Below are positions 22,597 through 31,413 of a stretch of 38,247 nucleotides of DNA, piece after piece. Each line of letters opens with the position of its first letter. Position 1 is the first letter of the stretch. Made by a program: the position numbers and the translations under genes. The DNA comes from Gemmatimonadaceae bacterium (GTDB taxonomy: Bacteria; Gemmatimonadota; Gemmatimonadetes; Gemmatimonadales; Gemmatimonadaceae): NCBI GenBank assembly GCA_033763905.1, contig JANRJP010000116.1:1-38247 (forward strand), given 5' to 3'. The notes under the pieces were generated by a model. It saw only the letters and a list, made by a program, of their open reading frames with translations. It made no database searches and had not been told where the DNA came from.

Positions 22597-23313
22597 CTAC
22601 CCGCGACGCTTCGGCGGTGGTGCCCCGAGGGCGGCGGCTTCACCGGTCGACAGCGGCCGCCAGGTCCCGGGCGCCAAGCGCCCCAACTGCACCGGGCCGT
22701 AGCGGGTGCGGACCAGGCGCAGCACCTCCAGATCGACCGCTTTACAGAGGCGACGCACCTCGCGATTGCGACCTTCGGCCAGCACCAGCGTGAGATCCCA
22801 CTTCCCCTTGCCCAGGGACGACGCGCTGGCGCGCTTCACGCGGGCGATGCCGTCGTGCAGTTCGACGCCGTCGCGCAGCGGTCCGAGGGCGCCCTCGGCG
22901 TCGCCGCGCACGGTCACGACATACTCGCGTTCGACGCCGCCGCTCGGATGCGTCAGCGTGTGCGCCGCGTCGCCGTCGGTGGTCATCAGCAGCACGCCTT
23001 CGGTGAGCAGGTCGAGCCGCCCCACGTACGTCAGTCCGGCCACCTTGGGCACCAAATCGAACACGGTGCGACGCCCGTTGGGGTCGCTGGCCGTGGTCAT
23101 CACACCCGATGGCTTGTTGAGCACGAACCACTGGGGCGGCGCGGGCGGCGGGACGAGCGCGCCGTCGACGGTGATGCGGTCGCGGCGCGGGTCGACGATC
23201 TGCCCCAGCGTCGCCGGCGTGCCGTTGACGAGCACGCGACCGGCTTCGACGAGCGCTTCCGCCTTTCGCCGCGACGCGATGCCAGCGCGCGCGAGCGCGC
23301 GCTGGATGCGCAT
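22597..23313 (-). CDS. rluB: rRNA pseudouridine synthase (RluB/RsuA family)
   Basis: S4 domain RIQRALARAGIASRRKAE, LNKP, VGRLD, TEGVLL, EGRNREVRR; follows scpAB. Confidence 0.85.
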   Translation of the reverse strand: MRIQRALARAGIASRRKAEALVEAGRVLVNGTPATLGQIVDPRRDRITVDGALVPPPAPPQWFVLNKPSGVMTTASDPNGRRTVFDLVPKVAGLTYVGRLDLLTEGVLLMTTDGDAAHTLTHPSGGVEREYVVTVRGDAEGALGPLRDGVELHDGIARVKRASASSLGKGKWDLTLVLAEGRNREVRRLCKAVDLEVLRLVRTRYGPVQLGRLAPGTWRPLSTGEAAALGAPPPKRRG

Positions 23314-23332
23314 CACGTCATCGGCCGACGAA

Positions 23333-24040
23333 TCAGCGGGCGTCGGCCGATTCCTCGATGACGGGCGCGTCGGCCTCGGCGACGGGCGCCGCGTCGTCCG
23401 CCGGGGTCGGCTCCGCGTCCGGCGCCGACGCGTCGGTGCTTTCGGCACCGGCGTCGGCCGCTGCCGGATCGGCGTCCGGGGCGGCCGTCGCGCCAGCGGC
23501 GGCGTCGCCGCCGAGCGGACGCAGCGCCACGGCGAGCTCGTCGGCCCGAGGCAGCTCGGCCAGATGCCGTAGCGCGAACTGCTCCAGGAAGAGCGGCGTG
23601 GTGCCGTAGAGCAGCGGACGCCCGAGCCCTTCGGCGCGGCCGACGATATCGACGAGCCCGCGCTCGTGAAGCGACTTGAGCACGCCGCCCACGTTCACGC
23701 CGCGGATCTCTTCGATTTCGCCGCGACCGATCGGCTGCCGATACGCGATGATCGCCAGCGTCTCGAGCGCCGCGGCCGACAGGCGCGCGGGCCGCGCGGC
23801 GAGCTGCGCGCGCTCGATCGCGTCGACGTACTCCGCGCGCGTCAGGATTTGCCAGCCTTCCCCGAGCTCCATCAGCTCGACCCCGTGCCCCTGCACGTCG
23901 TAGCACTCGCGCAGCTCGTCGAGCGCACTCCGCAGCGCCGCCGGCGACGCCTCGGGATCGAGGGTCTGCAGCTCTTCGAAGGAAATCGGCCGAGCGCTCG
24001 CGAAGAGCGCGGCCTCACACAGTTTCGCCAGACTGTTCAC
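23333..24040 (-). CDS. scpB: SMC-Scp complex subunit ScpB
   Basis: EAALFAS, LSAAALETLAIIAYRQPI, IEEIRGV, GRPLLYGTT; acidic Ala/Pro tail. Confidence 0.93.
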   Translation of the reverse strand: MNSLAKLCEAALFASARPISFEELQTLDPEASPAALRSALDELRECYDVQGHGVELMELGEGWQILTRAEYVDAIERAQLAARPARLSAAALETLAIIAYRQPIGRGEIEEIRGVNVGGVLKSLHERGLVDIVGRAEGLGRPLLYGTTPLFLEQFALRHLAELPRADELAVALRPLGGDAAAGATAAPDADPAAADAGAESTDASAPDAEPTPADDAAPVAEADAPVIEESADAR

Positions 24041-24779
24041 GATACAGTTCCACGGAGGCAAACGGCGCCGGCTGCGAGAGCTTGAGCTCACCGAGCTTGG
24101 CCAACTCGAGCAACGCCAGCAGCGCGCTCAGGACTTCCCAGGGTTCAGCGTCGGGGCGCACGATGTCGCTCCAACGGGCACGCGCCACCTGCGTGAGCAG
24201 GGCACGGACCAGGTCGATCGCGGCGGCGACATCGAGCGCCCGGGGCACGACGTCGTGCACGGCGGGACGCTTGAGCACGCGCATCACGCGATCGACCGCG
24301 CCGAGCAACTCGCTCAGCGACAGCGCCAGGGGCGCCATCGGCGGCTCGGCCGCCGTGGGCAGGAAGCCGCGGGGCAGACGCTGCCGGCGGCTTTCGCCGA
24401 GGTGCTCGAGCAGATCGACGACTTCGCGCATCTGCTGATACTCGAGCAGTCGGCGCACGAGCTCAGCGCGCGGGTCTTCCCATCCCTCTTCGCCCTCGGG
24501 GCGCGGCAGCAGCATCTGCGCCTTGATGCGCAGCAACCGGGCCGCCATCTCGAGATACTCGGCCGCCTCGTTGAGCCCCATCGTGGTGACGCGGTCGAGG
24601 AACTGCCGCGCGATGCGCGCGATGGGGATGTCGTAGATGTCGAGCTGTTCGTCGCGGATCAGCGACAGCAACAGATCGAGCGGCCCCGCGAATTCGGGGA
24701 GCTCGACGACGAAACCCGGCGGCGGCCCGTCAGCGAGCATCGGCAGGGCCGAGGCGGAGGGATCGGTCGGTGCCGTCAC
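24015..24779 (-). CDS. scpA: Segregation and condensation protein A
   Basis: FAGPLDLLLSLI, LDIYDIPIA, EYLEMAARLLRIKAQMLLP, DPRAELVRRLLEY, LALLELAK; start is GTG 24779 (or ATG 24740). Confidence 0.92.
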   Translation of the reverse strand: MTAPTDPSASALPMLADGPPPGFVVELPEFAGPLDLLLSLIRDEQLDIYDIPIARIARQFLDRVTTMGLNEAAEYLEMAARLLRIKAQMLLPRPEGEEGWEDPRAELVRRLLEYQQMREVVDLLEHLGESRRQRLPRGFLPTAAEPPMAPLALSLSELLGAVDRVMRVLKRPAVHDVVPRALDVAAAIDLVRALLTQVARARWSDIVRPDAEPWEVLSALLALLELAKLGELKLSQPAPFASVELYREQSGETV

Positions 24780-25462
24780 GACCAGGGCCCGAGCAGCACG
24801 AACGGCTGCAGCGCCTGCGAGGCCAGCGCGTTGAGCCAGGTCACCGGCGCCATCCAGGCGGCGATGATCGGTCGACCAATCGTGAGCAGGAGGAGCATAA
24901 TGCCAAAGCCGAACGCCCCGAGCTGCACGTAGCGCGCACGCCACGCGGGCGGGAGCAACCACTTCATCACGTGCGAACCATCCAGCGGCGGCAACGGAAA
25001 CAGGTTGAAGACCGCAAGCACGAAGTTCATCACGATGCCCCAGCGGAACATCATCTGCAGCAGCGAGAGCGAATCGTTGAGCGCCGGTACGGCGCGCCCG
25101 AGGACGCCGAGCGCCATCGTGCCGATGATGAGCAGCACCGCGAGCACCAGATTGGTGGCGATCCCCGCAAGCGACACAATGATGTCGCCGCGCTTGAGCT
25201 GCCGATAGTTGCGAGGATCGACCGGCACCGGCTTCGCGCCACCGAAGACGAACGCGCCGCTGGTGGCGAACCAGAGCATCGCGGGCAGCAGCACCGTCAG
25301 CACGGGGTCGATGTGCTTGAGCGGGTTGAACGTCAGCCGCCCGAGGGACTCGGCGGTGTGGTCTCCCTGCGAGCGTGCCGCCCAGCCGTGCGCGTACTCG
25401 TGCGCGACCATCGCGAGCAGGAGCATTGGCGCCGCAAGGAGGAACTTCTGGAGCGAATCCAC
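24776..25462 (-). CDS. Site-2 protease family (M50) membrane metalloprotease
   Basis: HEYAH (HExxH), GRLTFNPLKHIDP, AKPVPV, FNLFPLPPLDG. Confidence 0.92.
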   Translation of the reverse strand: MDSLQKFLLAAPMLLLAMVAHEYAHGWAARSQGDHTAESLGRLTFNPLKHIDPVLTVLLPAMLWFATSGAFVFGGAKPVPVDPRNYRQLKRGDIIVSLAGIATNLVLAVLLIIGTMALGVLGRAVPALNDSLSLLQMMFRWGIVMNFVLAVFNLFPLPPLDGSHVMKWLLPPAWRARYVQLGAFGFGIMLLLLTIGRPIIAAWMAPVTWLNALASQALQPFVLLGPWS

Positions 25463-25490
25463 GTGGTGGGCGGGTGTGGAAGGAAGGCAA

Positions 25491-25518
25491 AAGGTAAGGG
25501 GGCGCCCACAGGGGACAA
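25491..25518 (-). promoter_or_regulatory. Putative promoter of the site-2 protease/scpAB operon
   Basis: Minus strand TTGTCC-16 nt-TACCTT, 28 nt upstream of the GTG. Confidence 0.4.
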
Positions 25519-25532
25519 AGCCTTGCCTTGTC

Positions 25533-25562
25533 TTGACATAGGCGCCAGCGGCCGATAACTAT
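25533..25562 (+). promoter_or_regulatory. Putative rpsT promoter
   Basis: Perfect -35 TTGACA at 25533 followed 17-18 nt later by TAACTAT. Confidence 0.45.
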
Positions 25563-25640
25563 CGGTGCTACGGTGCCGGCGGTCTTGGGGTGACTTGAGA
25601 CGTTGGTCGACAATTTCAACAGTTTTGCCGGATTTCTCTC

Positions 25641-25886
25641 GTGCCCAGAATCGCGTCCGCCAAGAAGAACCAGCGCAAGGCGCGCGCGGCGACCGCGCGC
25701 AACCGCGCTCAGCGCTCCACGCTCCGTACGGCGCTCAAGAAGGCCCGCACCGAGGGCGCTGACGCTTCGGCGCGCACCACGGCGGCCAGCCTGCTGGATC
25801 GCGCGGCCCGCAAGGGGCTCGTCCATCGCAACACGGCAGCGCGGCTCAAGTCGCGGATGGCCAAGAAGGCCGCCGCCGCGAAGTAA
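25641..25886 (+). CDS. rpsT: 30S ribosomal protein S20
   Basis: PRIASAKK..RN...RSTLRTALKK, LDRAARKGLVHRNTAARLKSR. Confidence 0.95.
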   Translation: MPRIASAKKNQRKARAATARNRAQRSTLRTALKKARTEGADASARTTAASLLDRAARKGLVHRNTAARLKSRMAKKAAAAK

Positions 25887-25902
25887 GCAGGCCGATACGC
25901 AG

Positions 25903-25946
25903 ACGGCCGCCAGTGTCCCTCGGGACGCCGGCGGCCGTTTCGATTT
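25903..25946 (+). terminator. Intrinsic terminator after rpsT (between convergent genes)
   Basis: Imperfect stem ACGGCCGCCAGTGTCCC / GGGACGCCGGCGGCCGT followed by TTCGATTT. Confidence 0.65.
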
Positions 25947-25961
25947 CCGACCTGCGACCGG

Positions 25962-27329
25962 TCAGAGCGACGCCAACTCGCCGCCGCAACGTTCGCAGTA
26001 CCACTCCGTGGGGTAGTTCATCGCGCCGCACTCCGCGCACTTGAGCGACTTGGTCGCCTGACCACTCTGGGACTGGCGTAGCGACTTGGCGGGCGACTCC
26101 GACATCGCGCGAATCGCATCGACGCCCGGGTCCGTCGCCCGGCGGTGCACGTGCATTGACACCTCGGGCGCGGTCACCGTCGGATCGGGAATCCGTGGCT
26201 CCGGCGGCGGCGCGAACTCTCGCGAGATGCGAGACGGCGCGGACTGGGGCCCGATGTCCGCATTCGGCGCACGCTCCACTGGGCGATCGGCTGGCGGCGC
26301 CGGATTGCGCGATGACGTTGTCGCGCCGGCACCGACGCCTCCCTTCCCGCCCGCGAGGGACTTGATGAACTCCAGGTCATCGAAGGCTTCCGTGCCGCGA
26401 ATGCGACCGCTCGCCGGAGCGCTCGACGGTGGCTCCGCCGGGACCGCCGGTGGCACTGCCGCCGGCGCGACCGGCAGTGCAACCGCCGGTGCGAGCGGCG
26501 GCGGTACATCGGCGAGAATCGGCACCAGGAACAGGTCGTCCACCGGCGCTGTGGGAATCGCCGGCCGCAACACGGCGGTCGTGACGGTGGGCGGCACGCT
26601 GGCGTCGTCCGGCTCGGGCTCCGGCTCGGGCTCCGGCGTGGGCTCCGACGCTGGCGCCTCGGACACGGTAGGCGCTTCGGGTGCCGGCTCGATCCATTCG
26701 CCCTCGCCGATGTCGTCCTGCACCGGCGACTCGACCGTCGCCGCGAGCACCGGAAGACCGGCGTCGGGCTCTTCGAAGTTGGCGATCGGCTCCACCGCGG
26801 CCACAAGCGCCTCGGCCGCCGGCTCTGGCGTCGGTTCCGGGGTGGGTTCAGGTGTCGGCTCCGGTGCCGCCTCGGCCGCTGGCTCCTCGCTGGATTCGCT
26901 CGCGGCGCCCCGCACTTCCGAGAGCGCGCGCTCGAGATCATCGAGCGAGACTTCGGCCGCGAGGCGATCGGCGGCCGCGGTGGCCAACGCGGCGTCGCTG
27001 TCGCGCGCCAAAGCTTCCCACTCCTCGACCGAATACTCGCCGACCGCGTGGCGCAACTCGGCCTCGGCGCGCTCGTCGGCGAGCGCCTGCTCCGCCGCAC
27101 GGGCCGCGTCGCGACGCCCGACCGCCTCCAGACGCCGCGCCTCGAGGTCGCCCGCCCGCGCGGACAACTGCTCGCGCACGGCCTGCAGTCGCGCCTCGTA
27201 GTCGCTCCGCACCTTCGCGACGACGTGTGCCGGCGCGCCGGCGGTCCGCGCCGCGAGCTGCTCGAGCCACGTGGTGTACTTCGCGCGCTCGGCGAGCAGC
27301 TCGGCGACCGGCCGTTCCGCGGCGCTCAC
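25962..27329 (-). CDS. Hypothetical protein: N-terminal coiled coil (CdvA-like?), Pro/Glu-rich linker, C-terminal zinc ribbon
   Basis: GTG overlaps the aldolase stop; helical region with ELRHAVGEYSVEEW; PEPT/PE repeats; C-terminal CAECGAMN...YCERCG. Confidence 0.7.
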   Translation of the reverse strand: MSAAERPVAELLAERAKYTTWLEQLAARTAGAPAHVVAKVRSDYEARLQAVREQLSARAGDLEARRLEAVGRRDAARAAEQALADERAEAELRHAVGEYSVEEWEALARDSDAALATAAADRLAAEVSLDDLERALSEVRGAASESSEEPAAEAAPEPTPEPTPEPTPEPAAEALVAAVEPIANFEEPDAGLPVLAATVESPVQDDIGEGEWIEPAPEAPTVSEAPASEPTPEPEPEPEPDDASVPPTVTTAVLRPAIPTAPVDDLFLVPILADVPPPLAPAVALPVAPAAVPPAVPAEPPSSAPASGRIRGTEAFDDLEFIKSLAGGKGGVGAGATTSSRNPAPPADRPVERAPNADIGPQSAPSRISREFAPPPEPRIPDPTVTAPEVSMHVHRRATDPGVDAIRAMSESPAKSLRQSQSGQATKSLKCAECGAMNYPTEWYCERCGGELASL

Positions 27330-27988
27330 GTCGCGGTCCGCCGCGCGCGTAGCGCGGTGGCCTCGGCGTCGGACAAGGCAGTCACCGGCCCGAGCACCGA
27401 CGCCGCGTGCACCACGGTCGCCGCGTGCTCCAGACACTCCATCCGCTGGTGCGCGAGCGCCAAGGTCGAACCGAGCGTGAGTGCGCCGTGATTGGCCATC
27501 AGAAACGCGTCGTGGTGCGGGAAGAACGGCGCAAACGCCGCCGCGAGGGCCGGTGTGCCGGGAATGGCGAATGGAACGCGCGGGACGGCCCCCATCAACA
27601 GTATCACCTCGGCCAAGACCGGCGCCACGAGATCGCGCCCGGCGACCCCCCACGCGGTCGCCATCGGCGGATGCGCGTGGACCACGGCCGCGACCTCGGG
27701 CCGGGCGGCGTAGGCGGCGAGGTGCAGTCCGATCTCGCTCGAGGCGGGGCGCGCGTCGCACCGTTCGGGTCGACCGGCGAGATCCACGACCACCAGCATT
27801 GCCGGGGTGAGCGTGCCCTTGCGCACACCGGCTGGCGTGCAGAGCACGCGGTCATCATCAAGGCGCACCGACACGTTGCCATCGGGGCCGGCGATGAGCC
27901 GCCGCTCCGCGAGGGCCCGGCACACGTCGACGATCTCGCGACGCGCCGCCGTCTCGCTGCGACTCGCGCTCACCCGCGGTGCCGCCAC
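27326..27988 (-). CDS. Class II aldolase/adducin family protein (FucA/MtnB-like)
   Basis: GNVS, TPAG, SSEIGLH, VVHAHP, LMANHG zinc ligands; GTG start at 27988 (GGAG upstream) or 27973. Confidence 0.88.
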   Translation of the reverse strand: MAAPRVSASRSETAARREIVDVCRALAERRLIAGPDGNVSVRLDDDRVLCTPAGVRKGTLTPAMLVVVDLAGRPERCDARPASSEIGLHLAAYAARPEVAAVVHAHPPMATAWGVAGRDLVAPVLAEVILLMGAVPRVPFAIPGTPALAAAFAPFFPHHDAFLMANHGALTLGSTLALAHQRMECLEHAATVVHAASVLGPVTALSDAEATALRARRTAT

Positions 27989-29283
27989 TACCGCTCCAGC
28001 TGGTACACGAGCTGCCCGCCGACGAGCGTCAGCTGCACGCGGCCGGAAAGCGTCTTGCCCTGGTACGGTGTGTTGCGGCCCTTCGTGCGGAACTGCTTGG
28101 CATCGACAGTCCACTGCGCGGACGGATCGAAGACCGTGATGTCGGCGGCGGCTCCCGGCTTGAGCGTGCCGCCGGGCAGGTTGAAGAGACGCGCCGGTGT
28201 GCAGGCCATCCGGTCGACGAGCTGCGGCAAGGTCAGAATGCCGCTGGCCACGAGCCACGTATGCACCACCGCAAGCGCGGTCTCGAGGCCGACGATGCCG
28301 TTCGGGGCATCGGCGAACTCGCGCTCCTTCTCGTCGTAGTGATGCGGAGCGTGATCGGTGGCAACACAATCGATGGTGCCGTCCTTCACCGCCTGCTGCA
28401 GCCATTCCACATCCTCGGCAGTGCGGAGCGGCGGGTTCATCTTCGCGTTGGTGTCGTAGTCGCCGACCGCCTCTTCGGTGAGCGACAGATGGTGCGGGCA
28501 GACTTCCGCGGTGACTTTGATGCCACGATCCTTGCCCCAGCGAATGAGCTCCACCGATCCCTTGGTGCTCATATGGCAGAGGTGGATGTGCCCGCCCGTC
28601 CGGCGCGCGAGCAGAATGTCGCGGATGGCCATGATCTCTTCCGCCTCGCTCGGAATGCCCTTGAGTCCGAGCCGCGCCGAGACCACCCCTTCGTTCATCG
28701 CGCCGCCGTGGGCGAGTGTCGGGTCTTCGCAGTGATCGGCGACCGGAATCCCGAAGGTGCGGGCGTATTCGAGCGCGGTGCGCATCAGCTGGCTCGACAC
28801 GACCGGCTTGCCGTCGTCGGACACCGCCACCGCACCGGCGGCGATCATCTCGCCGAACTCCGCGAGGCGTTCCCCCTTCTGCCCCAGCGAGATCGCGCCG
28901 ATGGGATACACGCGCGCCGCGCCGGCAGCTTCTCCCTGCCGCTTCACGAAGCCCACCGCCGCCTGGTTGTCGGTGACCGGATCGGTGTTGGGCATCGCAC
29001 AGACGGCCGTGAATCCACCCGCGGCTGCGGCACGCGCGCCGGTGCGGATCGTCTCCACGTCCTCGCGCCCGGGCTCCCGCAAGTGGCAATGCACATCGAC
29101 GAAGCCAGGCGAGACGACCGCGCCCGTACAATCAATGACGTGGGCATCGGTCGGGTTGCCGATGCGCTCGCCGGCGTGCGTGATCACGCCGTTCGTGATG
29201 AGCACATCGCCCTGCGCAACGTCGAGGGCACGCGACGGATCGAGCACTCGCCCGCCGCGCAGAAGAATGGGACGTTCGGACAT
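27988..29283 (-). CDS. pyrC: Dihydroorotase (type I)
   Basis: PGFVDVHCHLREPG, CAMPNT, HCED, EVCPHHL, KMNPPLR, ATDHAPH. Confidence 0.95.
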   Translation of the reverse strand: MSERPILLRGGRVLDPSRALDVAQGDVLITNGVITHAGERIGNPTDAHVIDCTGAVVSPGFVDVHCHLREPGREDVETIRTGARAAAAGGFTAVCAMPNTDPVTDNQAAVGFVKRQGEAAGAARVYPIGAISLGQKGERLAEFGEMIAAGAVAVSDDGKPVVSSQLMRTALEYARTFGIPVADHCEDPTLAHGGAMNEGVVSARLGLKGIPSEAEEIMAIRDILLARRTGGHIHLCHMSTKGSVELIRWGKDRGIKVTAEVCPHHLSLTEEAVGDYDTNAKMNPPLRTAEDVEWLQQAVKDGTIDCVATDHAPHHYDEKEREFADAPNGIVGLETALAVVHTWLVASGILTLPQLVDRMACTPARLFNLPGGTLKPGAAADITVFDPSAQWTVDAKQFRTKGRNTPYQGKTLSGRVQLTLVGGQLVYQLER

Positions 29284-29287
29284 CGGA

Positions 29288-30238
29288 TCAGCCCTTGGCG
29301 GCGTTGGCAAGCTCGGGGCGACCGCCCGCGAGCAGATAGAGGACGGCCATCCGAACGGCGACGCCGTTCGTGACCTGCTGCAGAATCAGACTGTGCGGCC
29401 CATCGGCGACGTCGGAGTCGATCTCGACACCGCGGTTGATCGGGCCGGGGTGCATGATGACGATGTCGCGCGGGGCCCGCTCCAGGCGCGCCGTCGTGAC
29501 GCCGAAGACCCGGTTGTACTCGCGGAGGGACGGGATGTAGCCGGCCGTCATTCGCTCGAGTTGCAGGCGAAGCACGTTGAGCGCGTCGGCCCATTCGATC
29601 GCCTGCTCGATCCGATCGAAGACGTGCACCCCGAAGGTCTCGAGGCCGCCGGGGAGCAGCGAGCGTGGCCCGCAGATCGCGACCTCGGCGCCGAGCTTCT
29701 TGAGTCCCCAGATATTCGAGCGCGCGACCCGAGAGTGCATCACATCGCCGACGATGCACACCTTGAGTCCTTCGAGTCGACCGAAGCGACTGCGCAGGGT
29801 CAGCAGGTCGAGCAGCCCCTGGGTGGGGTGCTCGTGCGTGCCGTCGCCGGCGTTGATGACGTTCGACTGGATGCGATCGGCAAGGAATCGCGGCGCGCCC
29901 GAGGCGGGGTGCCGAATGACGACCATATCGATCCGCATCGCTTCGAGGTTGCGCGCGGTATCGACCAGGGTCTCGCCCTTGGCGATGCTGCTGGCGGCGA
30001 CGGCGATGTTCACCGTGTCGGCGCTCAGACGCTTTTCGGCAAACTCGAACGAGGTCCGCGTGCGCGTCGAGTTCTCGTAGAAGAGATTGACGATCGTCTT
30101 GCCGCGCAGCACCGGCACTTTCTTGATCGCGCGTTCGGAAATCTCCTTGAACGGCTCGGCGGTATCGAGAATGAGGCGGAGCTGATCGGCGCTGATCGAT
30201 CGGAGATCGAGCAGGTCCTTGCCGAGCGGCGCGATCAC
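29288..30238 (-). CDS. pyrB: Aspartate carbamoyltransferase catalytic subunit
   Basis: [51 protein letters not shown] overlaps the pyrR stop. Confidence 0.96.
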   Translation of the reverse strand: MIAPLGKDLLDLRSISADQLRLILDTAEPFKEISERAIKKVPVLRGKTIVNLFYENSTRTRTSFEFAEKRLSADTVNIAVAASSIAKGETLVDTARNLEAMRIDMVVIRHPASGAPRFLADRIQSNVINAGDGTHEHPTQGLLDLLTLRSRFGRLEGLKVCIVGDVMHSRVARSNIWGLKKLGAEVAICGPRSLLPGGLETFGVHVFDRIEQAIEWADALNVLRLQLERMTAGYIPSLREYNRVFGVTTARLERAPRDIVIMHPGPINRGVEIDSDVADGPHSLILQQVTNGVAVRMAVLYLLAGGRPELANAAKG

Positions 30239-30783
30239 GCGTCGGCACCCTCGGTGATCGTGACGGCGTCGTGCCCGTCGAGCTCGCTGACCTGCACATC
30301 CACGCGCCCGCCCTTCCGCAGCTGGACGACTTTGCCGACGATGTCGGGCTGAATCGGGAGCTCGCGCCCTCCGCGATCGACGAGCACCGCCAGCCCGATG
30401 CGTGCGGGTCGGCCGAAGTCGGCCAGCTCGTCGAGTGCGGCGCGCACGGTCCGCCCCGTGTAGAGCACATCGTCGACGATGATGCAGGTCGAGCCCTCGA
30501 GGGCCCAAGGCAGATCGGTGGCGCCGACGACCGGCCGAGGCCCGACGGTCTGCAGGTCGTCGCGGTAGAGCGTGATGTCGAGGGCGCCGCGAGGGACGTC
30601 GATCCCCTCCCGGTCGCGGATCAGCTGCTGCAGGCGGCCGGCCAGCTGCACGCCGCGCCGCTGGATGCCGACGAGCACCAGCGGCGCATCGCTCCCGCCG
30701 TGCAGCTCGATGATCTGATCGGCCATTCGCTTGAGCGTCCGGTCGATCGCCTTGGCGTCAAGCAGCACACGAGAGTCGGTCAT
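30235..30783 (-). CDS. pyrR: PyrR family uracil phosphoribosyltransferase/regulator
   Basis: [19 protein letters not shown] (PRPP motif), [10 protein letters not shown]; heads pyrB-pyrC. Confidence 0.92.
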   Translation of the reverse strand: MTDSRVLLDAKAIDRTLKRMADQIIELHGGSDAPLVLVGIQRRGVQLAGRLQQLIRDREGIDVPRGALDITLYRDDLQTVGPRPVVGATDLPWALEGSTCIIVDDVLYTGRTVRAALDELADFGRPARIGLAVLVDRGGRELPIQPDIVGKVVQLRKGGRVDVQVSELDGHDAVTITEGADA

Positions 30784-30849
30784 TCCTGAAATATGGTGCG
30801 GGAACACAGCCGCTGCACCTTTCGAGCGTCGGGCCGATACTCCTCAGGG

Positions 30850-31413
30850 ATGATGACCTCGCCCGCGGGCCCCGACATCGATCACCTGCTCGTCGATCTC
30901 TCGCCGGAAGAGCGGGACGACGTGATGGACGCAGTGGATCAGGACAAGGAACTGCGTTGGCTCGAACGCGACGCGTCCCTGGCCGAGCACGCCCTGCTCC
31001 ACGCCCCCGACGGCATCCGTGGTGAGGACTTGCGGCGCCTGCACCGGGCGCACTCCGAGGCGCAGCAGCGGCTCGCCGCCGCCCACGCGGCCATTCTGGG
31101 CTGGCTTGAGCCGCAGTTTGCGCGTCGTCGCAATGCCCGTCTGACCGGGCACGACGCCCTCGTCCTGACGCGGGAGGAGTTCCGCATCCTGACGCTGGAG
31201 GAGCGCGACCAGATCGACCGCGGCGGCCGCGATTCGCTCAAGGTGGCGCTCGAGCTCAAGGCGAAGGCGCGCGAGGTGCTGGCGGCACGCGGCTGGAAGC
31301 CCCGCTCGCACCCGGAGCGGGCCGGCGCCACGCGAGCCCCCGTGCTGGTCCGTAGCGCGTGGCGCGTCCGCGGCCGGCTCGAGGCGATTTTCGCCGCCGC
31401 CGCGTCGCGCTAG
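30850..31413 (+). CDS. Hypothetical all-helical protein
   Basis: 187-aa ORF with protein-like composition, divergent from pyrR; no recognised motif. Confidence 0.6.
   Translation: MMTSPAGPDIDHLLVDLSPEERDDVMDAVDQDKELRWLERDASLAEHALLHAPDGIRGEDLRRLHRAHSEAQQRLAAAHAAILGWLEPQFARRRNARLTGHDALVLTREEFRILTLEERDQIDRGGRDSLKVALELKAKAREVLAARGWKPRSHPERAGATRAPVLVRSAWRVRGRLEAIFAAAASR

Noticed and set aside
24776..25462. Absence of trpS between the site-2 protease and scpA
   Set aside because: Ordinary gene-order variation; there is no remnant or scar because the two genes overlap directly.
26610..26870. Short tandem repeats (PEPT)n and (PE)n
   Set aside because: Low-complexity protein linker, partly with varied synonymous codons; no spacers, so not CRISPR or a mobile repeat.
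30784..30849. PyrR attenuator RNA
   Set aside because: No binding-loop consensus or terminator/antiterminator stems, and the space is too short.
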